A stretch of DNA of 64,000 nt from Trichoplax sp. H2 (GCA_003344405.1 NOWV01000100.1:62001-126000), one strand, 5' to 3'. Counted from the first letter of the stretch, positions 26,820 through 41,042 are shown. Program-made: numbers and translations. Notes: a model not told the origin generated them from the sequence alone.

Positions 26820-28559
26820 TCACGGTCGATCTTTACTAATAGGCAATATGTTACACCTGCAATAACAAGCGAATTCAAGTAGTTATTATATACTATTCCG
26901 CCGAATCGACCAAGTAGCTTTGAAGTACGTTAAATTATACTAAAGTCATCATTTCGATTTATGTTACCCTAATAATCCTCTGCCAGACCACACTCGAGGT
27001 GTAATTGTTAATTTCAGTAGCTTTTGCATTCTTCTTATGATAACTTTTACTTCTTTCTAATATACATGTGGAGAAAGTTGTAATACACGTTGGTAATCGA
27101 TAAACAAAGACGACTGGAATAAAATCATTCATACACTGCAAGAAATCACTTTACAGTGCACAGTCAAAGTTATACAGTTTACAACTACTGACCTGTTCAC
27201 TATGCTTGACGACGTAACCAACATCTTGTAAAGACCTAAAATTCTCAGCATTTACGGTGCCAAAACAGCAAATTTCGTCCCCTTTTTCCAAACCCTAGAA
27301 TATAAACGAATTTAACAATTTCGTTTCTATTAATTAACGATAGAATGAATATCAAAGTATAGCAATTTTATGAAAAACTGCAGTACGCATTTACAATTTA
27401 AAATTTTGATACTATCATATATCATTAGCCATCTTGTTATTAGCCTTAATATTACAATTTAATTGATTGATAAAATAATCATGAAGAAATGCTACGACAG
27501 GCACAGCATGAATAGACCCTATGGCCTTCAAATATTTCGAATTCTTAGTCTTGACAATGCACTTTATAATATATAAAAATGAAACACGGCGAACATCGGA
27601 CTTAGATACAGCCATTACTTGGCCATGTTTTAGGAATACATAATACAAAATTACATTTAGCAAGCGATCGATTAAATAGAAGAATTTACAGATAAACTGA
27701 TAACATAAAATGAATCCATCCATATATAAAACTTAAAGATGGCCGTATAAATAAAAAATAACTTACAGCTTCTGCTGCTGGAGATCCATCAGCTACAAAA
27801 TCTGTAATGGCAAAACTAATAATGGCTTGGTCTATAACAATTTTTGATATGCAGCACATTAATTAATTGATTAATTATAATCAATTATGTACGACGCATA
27901 GCATGTTGCTATGAAAATTATGAATTAACTGTTAGACCAATGTCATCAGACGGCTTTAATTCTCAAACCTATTTCGTTGACTGTATCTTCAGATGGCTTT
28001 TCCAATGTAGAATTTCTGGCATCAGCATGAATTTGATGTAATCCACTTTCAATCTCTTTCATAGCAGCTTTGTGATCATTCTGTAAACCTATGGAATTCA
28101 TGGAATAAGCCTGATTTAGCTCCATTTTGCCAAAGGAAAAGGCATTGCGATTATCTCCGAAATTCATCTACAGTAGAAACATACAAATAATCCTTTGCCT
28201 GGCTTTCCTAACGGTGTATACATCGATGTCGGCTCGTGGGTATCCCTGAGAATCGACTAATGGTTCATTCATTCCCACATTTCTTTGCTTGAATATGCAC
28301 GTATACAGTAGGTAAGGTAAATTCTTAATTTCACATTCATTATAATTCATGTGTTTGACTGTTGTAGCTACTTTAATGCAAAATCTGCACTACCCATTAA
28401 TCAGTATCAACACTCGAATAGAAGGTTTGTCCATTGCTATTAAATCTGCATCAACTCAATGATTTCTCTTACCGATTGTAAAACGTCAGACCATTGATCA
28501 ATTTCTGCTTCGATGGCTTCCTTCTTTTTCATTAAATCGAACACTTTCTCTGTAGCCAT
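26820..28559 (-). CDS. PSMD9: 26S proteasome assembly chaperone p27/Nas2 (coiled-coil + PDZ)
   Basis: Seven GT-AG exons joined in frame: 28559-28473, 28287-28185, 28088-27969, 27831-27767, 27294-27193, 27056-26968, 26856-26820. Translation contains [42 protein letters not shown] and [15 protein letters not shown], all hallmark PSMD9 motifs. Confidence 0.95.
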
Positions 28560-28607
28560 GTTTGCTGATCTCATCCAGGATTCAGCACTAATTTTGGAGT
28601 CCTTTCT

Positions 28608-28745
28608 ACAGTATTCTACTGTACAGTAGTACTGTTCTACTGTACACTGTACACTGTACACTGTGCAGTACTGTACTGTACTGTACGGTACTGTACGGTA
28701 CTGTACGGTACTTTACGGTACTGTACTGTACGGTCCGGTACACTA
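28608..28745. repeat. GTAC-rich compound microsatellite: (CTGTA)n/(CTGTACA)n/(CTGTACGGTA)n
   Basis: Read directly; lies ~50-190 bp upstream of the PSMD9 ATG. Confidence 0.9.
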
Positions 28746-28949
28746 TGTACAAACTACACAAAAATCTTTACCAGAACTTCCTCTCTTCACACGTATAAAA
28801 TTTTATTCATTTTGATGAAGAAATAACTCAAAAAATATTCGTCGATTTATCTGAAAAGAAAATAATCACGATGTACAGTACAGTATTTTATTTTTCAGAC
28901 GAATCGGACGTACTGTAGAAAAAGGGAAAAAATATTGCTGAAACCAACG

Positions 28950-30200
28950 TAAAAATACTACACTTTATACCATAATGAGGCTACCAGTACCCCCCTCTTC
29001 TATAGTACGTTAACATGTCAATGTACTGTAAGCATAGCTAGCACTCTACGTCTAGACTTGGTGGGATTCCACTACAAATATGAACTACAAATATGAACGG
29101 CAATGCGTCCGTCAGCCAAGTGGAAGGACGTTAAGCTAGTTATAATGAGCAGTAATTTAATTCATGCCATGAAGCGATTTAATTTACTTATTTACTGATG
29201 CCTCACACTGTTTTAGGAGGGTAAGGTAGAGTAAAGTCGCAAATTGTACAGTAAAAATCCTATACTTTATAGCATGATGAGGCTGCCGGTACCCCTCTTC
29301 TAAAATTGATACGTTCGTTAACTTGTTAATGTACGACTAGATTTGGTATTCCAAAAAAAACTACAAATATGAAGGGTAATGCTTCCGTCAGCCAAGTGGC
29401 AGGACGTTAAGCTAGTTATAATGAACAGTAATTTAATTCATGCCATGAAGCGATTTAATTTACTTATTTACTGATGCCTCACACTGTTTTAGGAGGGTAA
29501 GGTAGAGTAAAGTCGCAAATTATACAGTAAAAATCCTACACTTTATAGCATGATGAGGCTGCCGGTACCCCTCTTCTATGATACGTTAACTTGTTAACAT
29601 ACGACTAGATTTGGTATTCCAAAAAAACTACAAATATGAACGGCAATGCGTCCGTCAGCCAAGTGGAAGGACGTTAAGCTAGTTATAATGAGCAGTAATT
29701 TAATTCATGCCATGAAGCGATTTAATTTACTTATTTACTGATGCCTCACACTGTTTTAGTAGGGTAAGGTAGAGTAAAGTCGCAAATTGTACAGTAAAAA
29801 TCCTATACTTTATAGCATGATGAGGCTGCCGGTACCCCTCTTCTAAAATTGATACGTTCGTTAACTTGTTAATGTACGACTAGATTTGGTATTCCAAAAA
29901 AATATGAAGGGTAATGCCTCCGTCAGCCAAGTGGCAGGACGATAAGCTAGTCATAATGAACAGTAATTTAATTCATGACATGAAATGATTTAACTTATTT
30001 ACTGTTCGATGTCGCCATGCGCTGGCTTGCACTGTTTTAGGAGGGTAAGGTAGAGTAAAGTAGCGAAGTGACAGGAAGTTGAGCTAGTCATAATGGACAG
30101 TACTTTAATTCATGACCTGAAACGATTTAATTTATTTATTTACTGTTGCCTCGCACTATTTTAGGAGGGTGAGGTAGAGTAGAGTCGCAAATTGTACAGT
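28950..30200. repeat. Tandem array of ~270-bp units (about 4.5 copies) with alternating A/B variants
   Basis: AAGGTAGAGTAAAGT recurs at 29223, 29499, 29766 and 30047 (spacings 276, 267, 281). The variant CGGCAATGCG at 29098 and 29641 alternates with GGGTAATGC at 29374 and 29909. Edge units are degenerate. Confidence 0.92.
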
Positions 30201-31217
30201 ATTGTAAATGATATCGGCAGCAATTTGCTGTAGAGAAGTAGGATATTCCGCTCGATTGGGTAGATGGGATCGAATTCTGAAGTATATTTGATACCAGCAA
30301 AATGCTCGTATGAGAGGGGGGGTGCTCCTGTTAATTTGGCAATGTAATTAGACCCCAAAGCTTAATAGAATGCAATATTGTGGGTCACCATTTCCATTCG
30401 TATCGAATATCATCAATAATCTTCCAATCCAATCAATTGAACGTTAAACATGAGATTTTACTTTTTCAATCAGCGTAATTTCTCCTACTATTCTAGGTTA
30501 GCTTTATCAAAAATTAGATGAGATCGATGGTAAAATTATTTTTCCATACTCAAACGTTAATTCACTTATATTGATTCCTGATACGGATGAAAATAAAGGC
30601 TTAATACAGTAGTGGTATCTTGAAAATCAATTATTTAGAGTAAGAAGAGCTCTGCAACTGGTCTTAGTCTGATATCGATTACAGTACATATGATAATCGA
30701 TCTCCATTGACGCATAGAAAATAGGTGAAGATTTTCAATCCTACATGGATAATCACTAATTGTACCAATCAATCAATCATATTTGAAGAAAGGATGGGCC
30801 ATTCGTAAAAGATTTTAACTTTGTTTATTTATATCAACGGGTGATAACTTGACGTATCACATAAAGGAAAACTTATAAAAACAAGCGAAACACGCGAAAA
30901 TTCAACGAAATATATCGCGATTTGAAGTTAATAGAAAGTAAAACGCATTCATTTAATTTGATACTGTGCGGTGATTAGTATTGATTGTCGAGATAAACTT
31001 GCGATTACTTAAATAATACATTGATCTTGACTAAGCTGAAGTTATTAGTATTACTGAATCGCCCCAAATCGAAAAACGAGCTTAATATAAACCAAATAAG
31101 ACTGATCCATTGGTACCTTCAAATGGTATAGTATTTTGGCATTAACATGGATGATTACATCCATGAATATATAGAAATGATAACATCATTCTTTTATCTT
31201 TTATCTGCTTATAACAT

Positions 31218-34200
31218 TTAGCCATTCATTGTTTCACTAATTTGCTTAATAATACTGTATTTTCCAGTTCTTCCTTGGCATATAAACATCGATTGCTCTA
31301 AGTTGCCTGTTACGTTCCATGCTTGAATATAAGGCGATTGAATGGTGTGAATCAATTGTAGGCTGACATTATCATAAAATTGAATTTTTCCACTTAATTC
31401 TTCAAAGACTGCAAAGTATTTCTTCGTGAACAAACTTTCCACCCTATAGATTTTAGCATCCAAATAGAACTGTTTTATAATGTCGCCATGGCTTTTACCC
31501 AATAATTGGCCGGTGTGGCTAAATACCTAAATTTACATAGTTAGAATTTGCAATAAATCAGTAATCATCCCGTCTTACACTTAAACTCGTAAATGAAAAG
31601 GGATATTTACCGTTGTTTCCTCATTTCTTTCAAATAGAAAGCATTCTTTATTTGCTTCTTCATTACAATATGCTACCTGTAAATAAATTGATGCTATCAA
31701 TCGATCACGACCTTATTATCAGCACTTAGCATAAGAATTATCAGTAATCTAAAAATAAAAATAGAAACAAATATTCTGCATAATTGTTTATTATCTCAGA
31801 ATGTGATAATCGTAATAAAGTGACATACAAATATGTTGGCAATTTTTTCACCCCATTGCTTTTTCATCATATCCAGACTTCGAGATGATAGCGACACATT
31901 TAGATTCTTGCTGCTGCTTTTCTGAGTTGGTAAGATGATTTTGCATACAATTCCGTCATCCTCCTTGTAAATATGCGATTTAAGTAATACGCAGTTGTTG
32001 ACAGTATCTTCCAGTTTGTACCACTACAAGATAATAAAAAAGCTGCAATGAACTTTATCTTAATTTTATTTTAGTTCTAAAAATTAAACATATCAAAAAT
32101 TTATCTCCAGATCTAAAAGGCAAAATTTTCAATATACTGATACTGTATTTCGTGGCATTTTACACACCTTAACTACACAATCGGCGCTTTCTTTTATTTT
32201 CTGGCGCGTAATCAAATAGTACTCATCGCAATAGATGATTTTAATGGACTGATAGAGATACATATCATCACCTATATCGGCTATCTTATGCTCTTGGCTA
32301 TTCTTTACCATCATTATAAGCCAGCGATCACGATTTTCCCCTTTCTAATAATAGCATTAACAGTTACTTATCATTTTAATAATCAGTAAATAAATAGTTA
32401 TAAAGTCATAGAATAGTATGGATACCAAATTAATCGTAATGGAAACAATTTAACATTATCAATTTATCCCTTTGAAATAAGCCTTCATTTACAGTATCTG
32501 TATCTCCATTATATTCTGTGTATTACCTTGATATAAAATATGAACATGTAGACGTTGTCTTCTTTCCTGTATCTAGACTTCCAAGTAACAATATCAGCTG
32601 GACTTTCTTCCCACAATGTGTACTTGAATTGTCCTTTTTGGCTAATTGATCCTAACACACTATTAAACTGCACAATCCCAAATATGCGATTAGGCGGATG
32701 TTTATTTGTACTGTAGTATTAAGATTCAATACGAAAATTAGGCTGCAAGTGTAAATTTCCTAATCAAAATATGCGTAATCTTGCCAAATATCTAGTATTT
32801 ATACTCTGAACATAATTTTTAAAACGGATATCAATAACGGTCGTTTTTAACAAAAATGGCAATTATCTCATATAAAAGGCAATAATTATCCCTTGCAATA
32901 TAAAAATTCGAAATTTGTTATATCAGTATTTTATGCGGCACCTCAGTTACAACTATGTGGCAGTGTTCATTATTCCAATCGGTGAGAGACGTAATGCCAA
33001 TCACTTTACATTTATACCACCGCGTTAAAATAACGGAATCAGTTTCACTGTATAAATAACAATTTTGATACTCTTGGTCCAACTTGTAGTCAATCGATAG
33101 ATCAAGCGATTCATTCCTGTATATCTAAGTTTACCGATAAAGAATAATGTTAGCTTATCTGCTGTAGTCAACTACGTACTTATGAATAGCCCTGAGTACT
33201 ATAGTTTTATGCAACTCTTCCTCGCTACCTTATATAATAATAAATGTAATGGCTAACCATACATGATAAAGACAGCTTAAAATATAAAAATAATTAGCGA
33301 TGTCAACTTACCTTCAGCTTTTTAATTCCCTTAGTTCTATTTTCGGTTAACTGAGCAACTACTGGAATTGAATTAATAAAGGAAGCACTGGAATCAATGA
33401 TGATTTCTTGGCTATCTTTATCGGCATTGACAACATTATCGGTTAAAGGGCGGGCTTGAATGTTTCGCCATATTGTACTCTCAACTACAACAATCCAAAG
33501 AGGAAAAGTCGGATAATTCTCAAATTTATGATCTAATTTCAGATAGACTATATCAAAAAATATGTTGCTAATGCACGTACCATCTAGGCTGTATTGATAT
33601 AAGCATTGAGTTCCGTGTTTGTTATAATCAAATAAATGGTAACTGCCAGGCATAAATCTAAGATTATGAGAAGAGTAGCTGCAACGGAGGTTGATGTAAG
33701 ACTTGGCATGTCCATTAACGAATTTAATGAGCTAATTAAAGAGAAATACAAAATCCCATTAAAGAAGGATAGAACATCTTTAAAACAATATTTAACCTAA
33801 ATTGCAAATAGTAATGAAAATAAAGAATTCCTTCAGTTTACTGTTTTAAACTAACCGTGAGGTCATTTTCATGAGATTTCGGAATAACTAATAACTGCTG
33901 ATCATCAGAAACGATCACATTAGAAATTGGCTTATCACTAATGTAAATGGGGTAGAAGAAATCTGTGAATCCTTCAAGAAAACTACAAGTTTTGCTATCT
34001 CTCCCTTCTTGAGTTAATAAACCTAAAACTTTCCCATAAATGACAAAACAGGCAGATTGTGTCTGATTACTATATTTGATCCTTTTCAATTGGTAATCAT
34101 AGTTCGATGCAGTAGCCACGGTGTACCGGTCATCAACATGGTCAATAAATTCTGGTAGAAGGAATGTTTTTTCGCAATACAATTTCTCAACATTCCATAT

Positions 34201-37200
34201 CTAAGAATTTAGACAATTACCACTACTGTTAAAAAGGCCATGTGTAAAACTTTTATTCATATATATGCATTAATAAGATTCAAATACCTCCATTTGACAC
34301 TCATTAATCCAGCTTTTAGTAGACTGTAGTCTTTTATTTGAACTCCACCAGAAAGAAAGACTTTCACCATTGGAAGTAAATTCAAATCCTTCCAAACAAT
34401 TCCAACATGAATTTAACTTCTCAGTTTCTTCTATACCGTATTCCTTAATATTCCACAGCTGAAATGGTGAATTTATTAGTCGTTTATTATAATTAATTAT
34501 TGCTAAGATTTCTATATTTATAGTAAGTAATAAAGGCTCAAAATTTACCACTAAAAATGCGCTTATTCATAGGCGTAATTACGCTTATTCGTAAGAGCAA
34601 AATACACTGGTATGAATAAAATTTAAACTGCAGACTAAAGGTTAAAAAAATTATTGAGAATTACAGCTACATTGACAATATTGCCTCCTACTTGAATATC
34701 TTTTTTATTCACTGCAATCGTTAAAAGAACAGGGTTTTGACTTATAACTGGACAAAATTGTAACCATCGGCATTCAAGTGAAGGCGTCTTCACTCCAGCA
34801 CAATTTATAAAAGGTACACGTTCATGAATGTCCATATTGTAAATTTCCCATTTCTTATTCTGCTTCTTCTGTAATAAAGATATTTATAAACGATAAAATC
34901 AAATATTCAGTATTGAATTCTAGCTTACACTTTCCTAAAGTATATAAAATTCTAGGAATTTTATTGATGAATACTATCATCAATTATCGAAACTTATCAA
35001 TAATTAAGACTCATCGAAAGAAAATACTTTGAGCTAAGGTGGGGATAAAATAAAATTGTCTGCATTTATATTTTACCTCTACTAATATATATGAGCATGC
35101 CTAGTATATCAATTATATTATCTGTATCAACATTATTACAGTTTCTATGTATACTTTTATAATTTAAACAAACTAACCCTCACTGTAGCGTAGGCAATTA
35201 GCCTTCCATCGGCCGATATTCTAACTTCATGAATATATGCCTCTCCAATTGACAAACTGCATGCGGTTTTAAATGTTTCATAATCTTTAACCTTTATAAA
35301 TTCAAATATGAAGTAAGTTTTACAATAGATAATAAGCATCTGGACTAGCTTTTTCTAATTTTTTCATTTTATAGTTAATATTTCTTTTCGATATCGCATA
35401 CTATACTACCATGCATGCATACTGCATAGGTTATATTTATTTCTTTAAATCTGCTCACCATAATTGTACAATCACTCTTGCCATTATTTTTGGTATATGA
35501 AAATTTTAGATTTCCATATGCTGGATTAGAACAGCTTGGAACAACATCTTCCCAGCTTTTACCCATTATTTTAGACGCTTTCCACAGGCTCTGATCTGTG
35601 TCGTCATCAGGATACCTACAATTAAGAGAATAGTCTGCATTAATCGAAAAGTATGGTGAAGAAACTTAATAAAGGTTATTAATCTAGTAGCCACATGGTT
35701 ACATGCAGTACACAACATTAATCAACACATACATATGATATCAGATGGCGATTATGACGATTAAAGTGAACAGTTTTAACTCTTTATTATAATCAAACGG
35801 TTGAATTGCATTATATAAGATTAAGACTCAATGTAAAAAGAGATCATTTTCACCCAGTAATCATCCAGCGGCGACTTCTATTGCATTTTATCTGATCACA
35901 TGCCAGCTTTCTGGCTTCCTTGAGAATACTGCTGTCTTTTTTAGCGCAGTACAACAGAAACTGTATAAAATCTCCATTATCAGTATCTAAGTAAGACTCG
36001 TAACGATGTAATAGCCGCAAAAGTTCTTCAGATTTTGTAGCATCCTAACCATGAGATACAATTAACATTAATGCTTAATACTTTAATACCTGAACGATTT
36101 TAATTGACTATCTTGAATCTAAGGTATAATTACTATTTCTGCAACTTAATATTACCTGTCGATTTATTTTTAAATAGCTAATGTAATCTTGCAAATCTTC
36201 ACGCAAATTAAACAACTCGACAATTTTGAGCTTTTCTATCATCCAACGATAATTTGACATTATTTCACGAAGAAATTGATCATCTGCTGCTTGAATTGCG
36301 TGATGCACAAGATGCTGGAAGTAATAGCCATCATCAAGATATAAATGCCAGTCTCTTTTGCATTGCAGAGCATAGCCTTGAATAAGGGAGTGATTTAAAT
36401 GACGCCAGTAACTTTGATTGCTTTCCTGTGGAGATGGTGATATTCGCAGATAATCAACCATGAGATCGTGTAAAACACAGTAAAGTCTATTGGTTGGATC
36501 ACTTGGGTAAAGATCGAGAATATACATATATATAAGTTTGAAATGAATAATAAACAATATTATTAATGCCGGATCGAGTATTGCCGGTATGTAATGACAT
36601 GCTTAAAAATATTACTACGGCCCCTTCGTTTCGGTAAAAGTAACGTAGTAAACCACAATGGTAAAATACTTAATTTATAATATTGGTAATCATTCTGCAC
36701 CAGTGGAACAGTAACTAGGGTATAATTATGACGTTATGTAGATTTGATTAGAATAACTTATAAGCTACCAATATTAGTATCAGTCGACAACTTAGCTCAA
36801 AATTTCCTGGGCAGATATATTCCAGTAATTCTACATTATCGATGTTGACTTAAACGTCAATTACTCAGCAAGAGCGCTTACCAACTGATTGTTCTATCTA
36901 CGTAATACTATGTGATCCACCACGGTGAATCACTGAAACTTGTTAAACTAATAGGAGGGTAAAGACAGCTTAAATATATACTTTTGCAGTACAGAAAATT
37001 TTGATGGCTTTGGCAGTTGCCGGTAGTAAAATACCGGTAAAGTAATACTATGAAAGCTGATAATTTCGTCATGGATCTTTTCTCACCTACTATCACTCTC
37101 AATAAGTTTCAACAATGACTTGCTACTCAATTCTTCCAGCAAAGATTCTGCTGTGATTCGATCACATCTCCATAAAGCCATTATTGAGTTAGTCGGAATG

Positions 37201-40200
37201 GCAACTTTTTTGAAAACACCAAGGAGTAAAAACAGCCGTCGTGCTTCATCGTCTAGCTGTTGAATACTCAAACTAAAAGTACCATATAAATTGAATTCAT
37301 AGTTAGCTAATCTATTTCGATTTCCTTTCCTTTCGATAACCGCGACGGCATCTATCCATTGCTTATCAGAATTTAAACGTAAACCACCAATTAATGCGAT
37401 CGCTAATGGTAGTCCACCACAGCTTTTAATAGCTCGTATAACATAAGGGTTCTCCTGCAAATTCTTTACATCTTCAGCGCGACGGTACTTTGCTAATAGT
37501 TGCACTGCCTCATCATCTGTAAATCGGTCCTATAGCAAGAAAATTTGAGTCAAGCACTAACTTGATAGAGATTATTAATTGAAGGTAAAAACTGTATTAA
37601 TATTTGGACTAACAGACGCCGGGATACAGTAGTGATCGAGCTCATTATCAGGATAGATAAATCGTGAGGTGATAATTGACTTTTTTGCAAACTTTAGATA
37701 TGGGTAGTAAGATTCTCTCCAAACATCGTCAAAAACGAACAAAGCCATCGACGTTTCATAATTATCTACAAATTTTATAGCAAAAATGCGGTTATTTACA
37801 ATTTTCATAATCGTTGCGATGAGCTATATCTAAGAATTTCAGAATTACGATATTATTGATATACCATTGTAAGCTAGATTATTGCTAATCAATTAGAAAC
37901 ATGACACTATTCCGTACTTAACTATAACTGTTTAATTTAATTTGAATTATTTATTGTTACAATAATGGTAGCTATTTATACCATTTACATACTTTCTAGA
38001 TAGAGAGAGAGATAAGACTCAATTTCCTCTAAATCCTGAGGTACTTGTTTCCATTCAATGCCAAGCTTAATGCAAAGACCTTTCAGCTTGCTGAATAATT
38101 TATCTTCACTGATATCACCTTTATGATTTAAGACATAAACGACCCGATCTTAGACCTTAAAAGATTTTCTACGTTAGATGAATACTGGAACACAACTTTA
38201 TGCTTATAAAATAAGTTAGCGAATTTTAAACAACTAAATATGGATAAATGAACTAGCTAAACTAAGCTATTTGTAGAAAATCAAAGAAATCTGGCGAGGT
38301 CTGTGAGATGTAATCAGAAGTCTATAATTTAAATTTAGTACAAACGAATAAATTGCTGATTTCTCACTCATTCAAAAAAGGAATTATGAGCACTTGAATG
38401 TACACTAAGCCTTATAATTGACAAAATAGATGAAACTGTTTATTTTGAATAGACCGTAAATATGCAGGGGCAGTATCACGAAGGAATTACGACATTATCT
38501 TCGAAAACCTTTAATCATTAACCATGTATGTCACTCTATTATTCAATTTATATAAGACTAATTAATAGAAGTGCCCCTCGAATTAATTTTATCCAGTTCG
38601 TTTATTTATTTATCTACAAGTCCGAAGCTTATAAAGCATACACATACAGTATATAATTGAAAATACCTTAAACATAGCAAACGTTATCATTTCATCTCAA
38701 TGTTCATAATCAACTAAGATACCATAAGTATAGGTAGAATTATCATTCCATGTCAATCTAGACTATCAACTGTAAGGACTAAAGTGCATAGACAGAATTT
38801 CGTACCTATTTTAACCCAGTAAACACCGCCAGTTTCAAAGCATCGATCAACTTCCGCAGTATGTCTGATAGCTTGACTCACAGCAATTGTTTTGCCGCTT
38901 CCAGCCATACCGTGAACCAGAATACGTCCGCCAATTTCGTCAATTTCCTTCAATTTACTTGATATTACAGCTATAAAATCCGTACGTACTATATAATGAC
39001 TTGTCGGAGTTGGAGGAACATCACGAAGGTCTAAAATTGAAATTTTTTGAATTATGTAGGATTCATACTCGTATTCAAGCTAAGTTAATACTTATTATGA
39101 ATTTGGTGCTGAAATGATTACGATTTCAGCAACTAAATAGCAACGTCAGTTTCGTTAACTTGACGGTATAAGTTTTAAGAATTAAAGCTTTACAGCTTCA
39201 ATAAGTAAAAAAAATATAGTGATGCTGTTTCATTTGTCAATTATTACGCGTAGAGAAGCAAACTTATCCATATTCAGATTATCACATTTAAAAATTTGAA
39301 ACAATGTCTGCTATATAATACTAAAAAATTTATAACCAACATTGTAATCTAATGTTACGGCGTAATTTATATAAAAATAATTCCCATCTGTGCTGTAATA
39401 ATCAAATAAAAAATCTCTGTGCACAGCAAATTCTATTGCAATGAAACGATACTTAAATATCGATATAACCAGCTAGTAAAGCAGTAAATATCACTACAAT
39501 ACTTAACGATTGTAGTTCGACGTTGGCATAAAAATAGCTATAGAATTAGTGAGAAACATTAGCGATAAAAACTGGGGAAGAATTTTAAAACAACTAACTA
39601 CATATACAGTAATAAAAAGGGCCGATATAGTACTCTGTGAATAACGATTGAGCAAAGTTAGCAGTAGCAGAGATTAACAGTCTTTTCCATTTTTAAAGAT
39701 TAAATATTTTATAAAAGACTAAAAGTTACTATGCTAATAAATTAAAATATCGTTGTAGCTATCGTTGGTAAGTTTTTATAGCTCAATCAAAAACAAAACA
39801 TTCTGCTTATTCATAGGCCAATTAAGTAATGAAAGAAGGAAGAAAGTAAGCTCCTTTAAGATACAAGTGACAGAATATTTAAATCGATCGCGAATAATAC
39901 TAACCTGCTGTTGGCATTACTAATACATCAGGATCTTCCTCAGCTTCTTTTTTCAGCTGTAAGCCAATATTTTGTATGTACTCAGCTCCATGGTTTTGCA
40001 AAATGTAGCAAAATTGATTAAAGTCCTCATCTCCTCGACGTTTGAGTATTATAATAAGCTTATTTGCTTTTTCTTTATTGGACCGGCAGTCTCTTAGAAT
40101 GTCAACCTCTTCATCTGATAGGATTTGTTTAGCTCTAAGATCGAATAAGATATCCTCTACAGGAATGTCGTTAATAATCTCATAACGATGTTTTTCGATG

Positions 40201-40229
40201 ACCTGATTAACATGTTTGCTTATCCCCAT
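31218..40229 (-). CDS. Apaf-1-like STAND NTPase: CARD - NB-ARC (NBD, HD1, WHD, HD2) - divergent beta-rich C-terminus; multi-exon
   Basis: Exon 40229-39905 encodes a CARD. Exon 39030-38805 gives DVPPTP...ILVHGMAGSGKT (Walker A)...GGVYWVKIG. Exon from 38118 follows, then LFVFDDVW (Walker B), IITSR (sensor 1), CGGLPLAIALIG, LSSKSLL and LHDLMVDYL (MHD-type). HD2 exons lie at ~36500-35855, with many further exons down to ~31218. The 3' end and C-terminal exon borders are approximate. Confidence 0.88.
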
Positions 40230-40852
40230 GCTCCTTAAACGTACATTATCTTCAAAGCAAAGAGTCTTTAATAAGCCGGTTTGATTGCACCAAGTATTTT
40301 GTAAATCAGTTTTAACCAACTGAGTTCCTAATAATACTTACCAATAATTCGACCAATTTCCCTATCTAACGACAGTGTCAGATTAGTTGCTGTTTCATAT
40401 TAGTAAAAAAATAATCTTGACAGATTATTATTACTTTACTCAGCTATGCAGTTGCTACCACTTATACGTTGAGTCAGATATGCGGCAGACTAGGTCTTAG
40501 TTGCAGCAAGTTCGTTAAAGACAGCAACGTGGGAAAATAGAAACGCTGATGACTTTAGCTGTTAGTATTACTAAAAATACTTGGACAATTACTAAAGACC
40601 GCAGAATCACCTAACACGGAAAAGTCAGACTAATTAAATGCAGGTATATTAATCATAATATACGGTAATCAATTAGTATGCACAAACTACATGGTATAAC
40701 AGCTATACCCACCCTCAATCAGCACTTGCATAATTAGGTAATAATCATCTCGGATCTAGGATATGAATTCATGACCAGGCATAAAAATAGACTAAATATA
40801 GCCGATCAATCATGTGATCAAATGCCTATTATATACCCTAATGTTTGAAATG

Positions 40853-41042
40853 AATTTTAAAGAATGTATTTAGCTGCGCCGCAGCAAACATCAAAATAGA
40901 GGATACGTTATGGATGTAGACTAAAGCAGAATTTAGTTTAATGTGATAAATTTTAAAGAATGTATTAGCTGCGCCGCAGCAAACATCAAAATAGAGGATA
41001 CGTTATGGATGTAGACTAAAGCAGAATTTAGTTTAATATGAT
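40853..41042. repeat. Two-copy tandem duplication of ~96 bp
   Basis: aattttaaagaatgtat(t)tagctgcgccgcagcaaac...gaatttagtttaat at 40853 and 40949, near identical. Confidence 0.9.

Noticed and set aside
28560..28661. N-terminal extension of PSMD9 in the ORF track
   Set aside because: It is mostly translated microsatellite; the ATG at 28559 fits the expected protein start better.
29255..29480. U3 snoRNA resemblance (CTATACTTT, CCGTCAGCCA, terminal CTGA)
   Set aside because: Box A (GGATCATTTC), box B and a correctly placed box C are absent; the matches are short.
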